A DNA stretch of 64,000 nucleotides from Eubacteriales bacterium. Its GTDB lineage: Bacteria > Bacillota > Clostridia > Oscillospirales > CAG-272. The DNA lies in NCBI GenBank assembly GCA_045531455.1, contig JAZSEA010000060.1, positions 5,236 through 69,235 of the forward strand. The letters run 5' to 3'. The notes beneath the pieces were generated by a model. The model did no database searches and was not told the origin of the DNA. It saw only the letters and a list, made by a program, of their open reading frames with translations. This document shows positions 57,668 to 64,000 of the stretch, piece by piece; positions within the stretch are counted from its first letter, which is position 1; the number at the start of each line of letters is the position of its first letter. A program made the position numbers and the translations under genes.

Positions 57668-59170
57668 ATGGCATATTATTACAAGGAACCCTCGCGTACA
57701 TTCAGCGAGTATCTTCTTATTCCCGGATACACGTCACCCGATTGCATCCCTGCTAACGTATCGCTCAAGACCCCTCTTGTTAAGTTCCGAAAAGGCGAGG
57801 AGCCTGCGATCTCTCTCAATATTCCTATGGTATCTGCAATTATGCAGTCGGTATCCGACGATAGGATGGCTATCGCTCTCGCAAGAGAGGGCGGAATGTC
57901 CTTTATCTACGGCGCACAGACCATCGAGAAGGAAGCCGCAATGGTTGCAAGAGTCAAGAACTATAAGGCAGGATTCGTTGTAAGCGATTCCAATCTTACT
58001 CCGGATAATACTCTTGCGGACGTTCTCGAGCTCGTCCGCCGTAACGGTCATAATACCATCGCTATTACCGCTGACGGAACAGGCAGCGGCAAACTTGTTG
58101 GTATTGTTACAAGCCGTGACTACCGCGTATCCCGTATGTCGACCGATGTTAAGGTCTCCGAGTTTATGACTCCCCTTGAGAAGCTTATCACAGCTCCTGC
58201 AGAGACCACTCTTAAGGAAGCAAACGATATCATCTGGGACCATAAGCTCAATTCGCTTCCTATCGTTGATGCAAATGGTAACCTTATGTACTTCGTATTC
58301 CGCAAGGACTATTCCGAGCATAAGGACAATCCCCTCGAAATGCTCGATAGCCAGAAGAGATTTATGGTCGGCGCAGGTATCAATACCCGTGACTATAAGG
58401 AAAGAGTTCCCGCACTTGTTGAGGCGGGTGCAGACGTACTCTGCATCGACGCCTCCGAGGGCTTTACCTGCTGGCAGAAGATGACCCTCGATTTCATTCG
58501 CGAGAAGTACGGCGACACCGTTAAGGTTGGCGCGGGTAACGTAGTTGACCGCGAAGGTTTCCGCTTCCTCGCAGAGGCAGGCGCAGATTTCGTCAAGGTC
58601 GGTATCGGCGGCGGATCCATCTGCATCACCCGTGAGCAGAAGGGTATCGGACGCGGACAGGCTACCGCCCTTATCGAGGTAGCAGCCGCACGTGACGAGT
58701 ATTTCGAGGAGACTGGTATCTACGTTCCGATCTGCTCGGACGGCGGTATCGTTCACGACTATCATATGACTCTCGCACTCGCAATGGGTGCAGACTTTAT
58801 GATGCTCGGCAGATATTTTGCAAGATTCGACGAAAGCCCCACAAACAAGCTCTTCGTCAACGGTCAGTACGTTAAGGAATACTGGGGCGAGGGCTCAAAC
58901 CGCGCGCGTAACTGGCAGAGATACGACCTCGGCGGCGCGTCCGGTCTCGGATTTGAGGAGGGCGTCGACTCCTACGTCGTTTACGCGGGCTCGCTCCGCG
59001 ACAACGTCGCAAAGAGCCTTTATAAGGTTAAATCCACTATGTGCAACTGCGGTGTGATCACCATACCCGACCTTCAGAAGAACGCGAGAATCACGCTCGT
59101 TTCCTCTACAAGTATCGTCGAGGGTGGATCTCACGACGTTATCCTGAAGACCGCAAACGCTAAATTATGA
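57668..59170 (+). CDS. guaB: IMP dehydrogenase
   Basis: CBS pair in the middle, catalytic loop [11 protein letters not shown], 500 aa. Confidence 0.9.
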   Translation: MAYYYKEPSRTFSEYLLIPGYTSPDCIPANVSLKTPLVKFRKGEEPAISLNIPMVSAIMQSVSDDRMAIALAREGGMSFIYGAQTIEKEAAMVARVKNYKAGFVVSDSNLTPDNTLADVLELVRRNGHNTIAITADGTGSGKLVGIVTSRDYRVSRMSTDVKVSEFMTPLEKLITAPAETTLKEANDIIWDHKLNSLPIVDANGNLMYFVFRKDYSEHKDNPLEMLDSQKRFMVGAGINTRDYKERVPALVEAGADVLCIDASEGFTCWQKMTLDFIREKYGDTVKVGAGNVVDREGFRFLAEAGADFVKVGIGGGSICITREQKGIGRGQATALIEVAAARDEYFEETGIYVPICSDGGIVHDYHMTLALAMGADFMMLGRYFARFDESPTNKLFVNGQYVKEYWGEGSNRARNWQRYDLGGASGLGFEEGVDSYVVYAGSLRDNVAKSLYKVKSTMCNCGVITIPDLQKNARITLVSSTSIVEGGSHDVILKTANAKL

Positions 59171-59970
59171 GTACCGGTAGCGTAATTCACGCGGGTCACC
59201 GCCAGAGGATGAAAGAGAGATTCCTCGCAAGCGGACTCGATGGATTCAGCGATCACGAGGTGCTCGAGCTCGCTCTGTTTTATGCAATTCCGAGAAGAGA
59301 CGTCAACGAGCTTTCTCATAGACTGATTGAAAGATTCGGTTCGTATCATGGCGTATTTGATGCGGATTTTGAAGAGATATGCGGTGTCGAGGGTATCGGA
59401 GAGAATGCGGCAACGCTGATAAAGCTTATGGCTGCTGCGTGGCAAAGATACGCTCTGGGCAACCGTGATCAACCGTTTATTTACGATACCTTGAAAAAGG
59501 TCGGAACTTACGCGGTAAAGCTCTATATCGGTGTTTCTGTCGAAAAGCTCTACGCTATGCTTTTTGACAACAAAATGATGCTTCTTGATACTGTCATGCT
59601 TGCCGAAGGCGCGGTCAATTCTGTCCGCGTCTCGGCGAGGACCATTATCGAAAAGGCGATCAAAAAGAACGCATCATCGATAATACTGATACACAATCAT
59701 CCGAACGGCGTTCCATATCCCTCGGATGAAGATCATAATTTCTCCGTGCACTTGAAGAGTATTCTCTCAACTCTTGATATCACCCTGATCGATCATATTA
59801 TCGTAAGCGGACGCTTTTTCCGTCCGGTGTTCGAGGGTGATACGAGCGAAAATGCGTTTGCAGCACCGATAAAGTTTTCTTACGGAGAGCGTCCGCACGC
59901 GGACGGAGTAAGGGAAGCCGAGCCAATGGCTGCGTCGGGTATTCCTTATTACGGAAACGTCGAACAATGA
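59167..59970 (+). CDS. radC: RadC-like JAB/MPN domain protein
   Basis: JAMM motif ILIHNHPNG...PSDED and an N-terminal HhH-like segment. The start overlaps the guaB stop. Confidence 0.8.
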   Translation: MSTGSVIHAGHRQRMKERFLASGLDGFSDHEVLELALFYAIPRRDVNELSHRLIERFGSYHGVFDADFEEICGVEGIGENAATLIKLMAAAWQRYALGNRDQPFIYDTLKKVGTYAVKLYIGVSVEKLYAMLFDNKMMLLDTVMLAEGAVNSVRVSARTIIEKAIKKNASSIILIHNHPNGVPYPSDEDHNFSVHLKSILSTLDITLIDHIIVSGRFFRPVFEGDTSENAFAAPIKFSYGERPHADGVREAEPMAASGIPYYGNVEQ

Positions 59971-60560
59971 TATTATTCTATTGCTACGACGTTGGAGAGA
60001 GACAAACGGTACATAATTACTTCCGCGACCGCGGATTAACGCTTGAAGCCGTCCCGCCCGCAGAGGTCGGGATAAGAAGCTATGCGGCGGATGCCGAGGC
60101 GATCTTGATCGTTGGGAATACACCGCCGGGATTGATCCTTTCGCTGAATCCGGAGCTACCGATCTTTACGGTCGGACGCTATCAGCTCGGGAATTCATTC
60201 CATTTCCGCGATTACGAAGATCCGAAGCTTCTTGAGATGCTTTCGGCATATTCATCCGACGAAGCCTTCTTTTCCTATAACGACGTTCTCTTCGGAAAGC
60301 TCGGCAAGGTCCTTCTTCTCGGATACGATCTTTCTCTGACACCCACGGAAAGATCGATCCTCTCGCTTCTTGTCGCTGAAGCTGAAAGATCGGTACCCGC
60401 AGAGGAGATAATCGAAAAGTGTATTGGCGACGTCCACGGAAAGAAGAGCGCAGTCTCCGCCCATATATCACATATCAATAAGAAAGCGATGAATATCGGA
60501 GGCAGACGGCTCATTTCCTCACCGTTATCGGGATATTATAAGATCAAAAAGTATATATAA
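59967..60560 (+). CDS. winged-helix (OmpR/PhoB-type C-terminal) DNA-binding protein with a degenerate receiver-like N-terminus
   Basis: C-terminal LTPTERSILSLLV...SAVSAHISHINKK...GYYKIK resembles Trans_reg_C. ATGA overlap with radC. Confidence 0.45.
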   Translation: MILFYCYDVGERQTVHNYFRDRGLTLEAVPPAEVGIRSYAADAEAILIVGNTPPGLILSLNPELPIFTVGRYQLGNSFHFRDYEDPKLLEMLSAYSSDEAFFSYNDVLFGKLGKVLLLGYDLSLTPTERSILSLLVAEAERSVPAEEIIEKCIGDVHGKKSAVSAHISHINKKAMNIGGRRLISSPLSGYYKIKKYI

Positions 60561-60562
60561 AA

Positions 60563-60583
60563 AGCTATCCTTTTCGGATAGCT
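60563..60583. terminator. bidirectional stem-loop terminator
   Basis: AGCTATCC-ttttc-GGATAGCT flanked by an A-run and a T-run, between convergent genes. Confidence 0.7.
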
Positions 60584-60588
60584 TTTTG

Positions 60589-61275
60589 TTATTGAATATC
60601 TGTAACCGTTATAGATCCGTCGGTAGCCTTGAATGATACCTCAAATTGGTCGAATTTGAAGGTGTACACCCGATCGGGATCGTCCTGATATCCGGGACGG
60701 GGATCCTCGGCAAGTATCTCGGTGATCGCTGTTTTCAGCTCGTCCGATAGCTTATCGGTGACCGAATCAGCAAAACTGACCCCAACCTTCGGCGCGTCCG
60801 AAGTCAGCGCAAACCCGCTCAAAGCCTCGGGATGCGAGTCTGTGTAGGCAAGATATGGTTTTATATCATAGATCGGTGTGCCGTCGAGGAGATCAGCGCC
60901 CGAAACCGTGATAACGGGACCTTTCGGGGTATCAAGCTCAACTGAAACGATCTTTACCGACGAAAGACCGATCGGATTCGGTCTGAATGGCGATCTTGTC
61001 GCGAAAACGCCCATTCTTGTGTTTCCGCCAAGCCTCGGAGGACGTACGGTCGGCGACCAGGAATCACGGACAGCCTTTGAAAACTGCCAAAGAAGCCAGA
61101 GATGCGAATAACCTTCAAGCCCTCTGAATGCGTCGGGATTCCTGTATTCGGGGAGAAAAATGATCTGTGACTCGACAGCCTCGACAAGCCCACTCTGCCT
61201 CGGGATACCGAATTTTTCCTTATATCCGCAATGAATATGGGCTATCGGCTTTATAAGCATATCCTCGGAGTTCAT
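60589..61275 (-). CDS. trmO: tRNA (m6t6A37) methyltransferase TrmO/TsaA
   Basis: FGIPRQSGL motif and RPNPIGLS segment. Confidence 0.8.
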   Translation of the reverse strand: MNSEDMLIKPIAHIHCGYKEKFGIPRQSGLVEAVESQIIFLPEYRNPDAFRGLEGYSHLWLLWQFSKAVRDSWSPTVRPPRLGGNTRMGVFATRSPFRPNPIGLSSVKIVSVELDTPKGPVITVSGADLLDGTPIYDIKPYLAYTDSHPEALSGFALTSDAPKVGVSFADSVTDKLSDELKTAITEILAEDPRPGYQDDPDRVYTFKFDQFEVSFKATDGSITVTDIQ

Positions 61276-62669
61276 TCTGCCGTCTCCTTTTTACCGCCCG
61301 CAAGGAAGGAAAGCATCTCGTAAACGCTCTTGATCGGTATGAGGCTCACAGAAGTGTCTATCGGACGCTTTTCAATATTTCGGTAGGGAATTATGATGCG
61401 CTTGAATCCGAGCCTCTCAGCCTCTTTTACGCGGCTCTCAAGGTTTGATACCGCTCGGCATTCGCCCGCAAGACCGATCTCACCTATCGCAAGCAGATCG
61501 TCGGGAACGATCTTGTCGGTGATCGATGATATGAGCGAGAGAGCCGCCGCCGCATCGGACGCGGGCTCGTCAAGCCGCATACCACCAATAACGTTGATAT
61601 AAACGTCGTTCGCGGAGAATTTAAGACCAAGCCTTTTCTCGAGAACCGCGAGGATGAGGTAGATCCTGCTGTAATCCATACCGTTGACGGTTCTTCTCGG
61701 TGAGGGGAAAGAGGTTGCCGTAACAAGTGCCTGAACCTCAGCAATCAGAGGGCGAGTGCCCTCGATGGTGCAAAGTGCGCAGTTGCCCGAGACCTTCTTC
61801 GGTCTGCCTGCAAGCAGGACCTCGGATGGATTCGGAACCTCGCAAAGACCCTTGTCCGTCATCTCGAATACGCCGATCTCGTTCGTCGAGCCAAAACGGT
61901 TCTTGACCGAGCGGATGATCCTGTAAGCCTGCTGATGCTCACCCTCGAAGCAGAGAACGGCATCGACCATATGCTCGAGTATCTTCGGACCCGCAATCGA
62001 GCCCTCCTTGTTGACGTGACCGACAAGAATTACCGAAATACCGTCGTTTTTTGCCTTGGAGATGAAGGAAAGAGCACTCTCGCGCACCTGCGAAACGCTT
62101 CCGGGAGAGGAAGCCGAGAGCGGAGAGAACATGGTCTGTATCGAGTCAACTATCAGAACGTCGGGCTTGACGTGATCACATTCCTTGAGGATCTTGTCAA
62201 TGTTGGTCTCGGTCAGAACCAGGAGATCCTTGCCCTTAACACCGAGACGAGCCGCGCGAAGCTTGAGCTGACCGCTAGATTCCTCTCCCGAGATATAAAG
62301 AACTCTGCGCGTACCGCCGAGAATGCCGCTGATCTGGAGCAGAAGAGTGGATTTACCGATTCCGGGCTCACCGGTCAGCAGAACAACAGAACCCTTGACA
62401 AGTCCGCCGCCGAGAACGCGGTCAAGCTCGCCGAGACCCGTCAGCGATCGGATGCAGGTGTCCGCCTCAAGCTGATCGATCGGCGTTGCGTGCGTGTCGC
62501 CGCCAACGCTGTAGCTGTGCTTCGACTCCGGCTGCTTTGACTGAGGAGAGGTGTCCATAACGTCCTCAACAAAAGAATTCCAAGCACCGCATTTAGGGCA
62601 TTTCCCCATCCATTTAGGGCTTTCATACTCGCAGGTGGAGCATATATAAACTGTTTTCAAGCCTTTCAT
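61272..62669 (-). CDS. radA: DNA repair protein RadA/Sms
   Basis: N-terminal zinc finger CSTC...CPKCGAW, Walker A GEPGIGKST, KNRFG motif and a Lon-like C-terminus. Confidence 0.92.
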   Translation of the reverse strand: MKGLKTVYICSTCEYESPKWMGKCPKCGAWNSFVEDVMDTSPQSKQPESKHSYSVGGDTHATPIDQLEADTCIRSLTGLGELDRVLGGGLVKGSVVLLTGEPGIGKSTLLLQISGILGGTRRVLYISGEESSGQLKLRAARLGVKGKDLLVLTETNIDKILKECDHVKPDVLIVDSIQTMFSPLSASSPGSVSQVRESALSFISKAKNDGISVILVGHVNKEGSIAGPKILEHMVDAVLCFEGEHQQAYRIIRSVKNRFGSTNEIGVFEMTDKGLCEVPNPSEVLLAGRPKKVSGNCALCTIEGTRPLIAEVQALVTATSFPSPRRTVNGMDYSRIYLILAVLEKRLGLKFSANDVYINVIGGMRLDEPASDAAAALSLISSITDKIVPDDLLAIGEIGLAGECRAVSNLESRVKEAERLGFKRIIIPYRNIEKRPIDTSVSLIPIKSVYEMLSFLAGGKKETAE

Positions 62670-62673
62670 TTTG

Positions 62674-63231
62674 TCAATCCTCTATATTGTGTATGGATAA
62701 AACGTCGCCGTCAAGAGTTTTTCTCTCGAAGCTTCCGCTATCAAATATCATATATGAATGTTCGCTGTCCGCCTTGGGTATCGAAACCGAGCCGGGATTG
62801 ACGATCCTGATTCCGTTTACTTCCTCAAAGCAGGGAATATGCGTGTGCCCGTGCAGGAGAATATCTCCCGATTTAAGTTTAGGAAGCTTTTCCGCATTGA
62901 AATGATGACCGTGCGTTGCAAAAATGACGTTACCTCCGAGCGATTCGTCGGAAATGATCGCGTATTCGGCAAGAACGGGGAAGTCGAGAACCATATCGTC
63001 AACCTCTCCGTCGCAGTTTCCTCTGACGCAAATAATCTCTGACGCAAGCGGATTGAGCATCGAGATCACTTCTTTGGGTGCATATTCAAGCGGCAGATCG
63101 TTTCTCGGACCGTGATAGAGAATGTCGCCGAGAAGGATCATCCTGTCCGCATTCTCGCGCGCGTATGCGTCAATAAGCTTTTTTGTATAATAAGCGGATC
63201 CGTGGATATCGGACGCAATAAACCATTTCAT
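62674..63231 (-). CDS. YfcE-type metallophosphoesterase (phosphodiesterase)
   Basis: DIHGS, GDILYHGPRN, GNCD and GHTH metallophosphatase motifs. Confidence 0.75.
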   Translation of the reverse strand: MKWFIASDIHGSAYYTKKLIDAYARENADRMILLGDILYHGPRNDLPLEYAPKEVISMLNPLASEIICVRGNCDGEVDDMVLDFPVLAEYAIISDESLGGNVIFATHGHHFNAEKLPKLKSGDILLHGHTHIPCFEEVNGIRIVNPGSVSIPKADSEHSYMIFDSGSFERKTLDGDVLSIHNIED

Positions 63232-63296
63232 CGTGTTTTACCTTTCGCATTCTTTCTTATTATACATTATACAATATTTTTTCACCTTTTTCAAGG

Positions 63297-64000
63297 TCAT
63301 TCTTCAAGAAAAGCGGAAAGAGAGGAGAATATTACAAATGAAAGCCGCTGTCGGTATTCCGCATCCGAAAGCATATTGCATTCCGCACTGTTGGACAGAA
63401 AACCGCATTCGATAAGTATCGCGGGATATTCGATACGGTTGAGGATATAAATATTGCTCCCCGCCGCCTTTAGCTCTCTCTTGTTGTCAGGCTGAAGACA
63501 GCGTATAACGTCACTGCGCAAAGCCTCTGCGGCATCAAGACTCTGCGGCTTGTTCGGCGAATAGTAAACGGTAAGCCCCGAGTATTTTTCCTGCGGAAAA
63601 GAATTCATATGTATTCCGACGAAAAGATCCGGCATCGTGCTGTTGGCGATCTCAAGTCGCGCCGCAAGATCGAGGATCTTTTTCTTACCCTTGTAATCTG
63701 CGTTGCGATCGTAAAGCATAACGTCCTCGTCCCTCGTAGCTCTGACGTCGTACCCCGAAAAGCGGAAAAGATCGTAAAGCGTCGTTGATATCATCAGATT
63801 CAGATCTTTTTCAAGGACTCCACTGACCCCGACTGCACCCCCGTCTTCGCCGCCGTGCCCCGGATCAAGCAGTATGACTTTCCTTCTTTCCGCATCGACA
63901 GATGCACTTTGCGCCTCATCCGTGTCCGACAGCAGAGAAGAAGTAACGGCACAGTAAACGATGAAAAGCGCAGAAAAGACTGCAATAAATAATGAATTTG
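63297..64000 (-). CDS. cwlD: N-acetylmuramoyl-L-alanine amidase (CwlD-like), 5'-partial
   Basis: My own translation shows the frame stays open upstream of the track ORF (63297..63794) through ...KVILLDPGHGGEDGGAVG... and a TM segment SLFIAVFSALFIVYCAV to the window end. This is the Amidase_3 signature. Confidence 0.75.
   Translation of the reverse strand, partial: NSLFIAVFSALFIVYCAVTSSLLSDTDEAQSASVDAERRKVILLDPGHGGEDGGAVGVSGVLEKDLNLMISTTLYDLFRFSGYDVRATRDEDVMLYDRNADYKGKKKILDLAARLEIANSTMPDLFVGIHMNSFPQEKYSGLTVYYSPNKPQSLDAAEALRSDVIRCLQPDNKRELKAAGSNIYILNRIEYPAILIECGFLSNSAECNMLSDAEYRQRLSFVIFSSLSAFLEE

Noticed and set aside
57734-58765. Long antisense ORFs: 57734..58765 opposite guaB, 35273..36562 opposite clpC, 32376..33614 opposite gdhA, 30927..32033 opposite the binding protein, 52569..53561 opposite galM, 12941..13666 opposite the ABC gene, and 3504..3971 opposite plsY
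   Set aside because: Each lies fully inside a gene with strong family motifs on the other strand. Their translations are low-complexity or Arg/Ser/Val-rich with no motifs or RBS. They are typical shadow ORFs.
63800-63985. 61-aa track ORF upstream of the amidase ORF
   Set aside because: It is in a different frame from the continuous Amidase_3 reading frame (…LLDPGHGGEDGG…) that I translated through this region. It is an overlapping out-of-frame artefact.

Overview
This is a 64-kb chromosomal window from a spore-forming Firmicute of Clostridia type. Supporting signs are sigG, a cwlD-like amidase, clpC, TTGACA-N17-TATAAT promoters and GGAGG ribosome-binding sites. By eye the GC content is roughly 50%, with a few AT-rich patches. 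All product calls come from motifs I recognise in the supplied translations; no database search was possible.

Most of the window is housekeeping: iorAB, plsY, gdhA, clpC, rplS, sigG, pgi, guaB, radA, trmO, galE/galM and three tRNA-Leu genes. It also holds a six-gene redox operon of unknown substrate next to an AraC regulator and two solute-binding proteins that have no partner permease. Other blocks are a NahK-type N-acetylhexosamine salvage operon, a NitT/TauT-type ABC importer, a two-component system, and a sigma / anti-sigma / Cys-His-rich protein module that is partly AT-rich.

The most unusual content is non-coding.

1. A family of about 110-bp structured elements lies directly behind two different tRNA-Leu genes. 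There are five exact-period tandem copies at 16.13-16.68 kb and one diverged copy at 41.45-41.57 kb. Each copy ends in a mimic of its own neighbouring tRNA's T-arm, with the same 2-nt insertion in both loci. Three stems are preserved between the loci by compensatory base changes.
2. Two 52-bp repeats upstream of tRNA-Leu(CAG) are built from a palindromised copy of that tRNA's 5' end.
3. A second repeat family consists of long hairpins whose arms are tandem heptamers (GCAGAAT/GCAGAGT)n around a shared core motif. It occurs at three intergenic sites.

Smaller observations include:
- a promoter plus long-terminator leader upstream of pnuC;
- an in-frame TAA inside the signal peptide of the Cys-rich protein;
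- a FolC paralog that has lost all its catalytic motifs.
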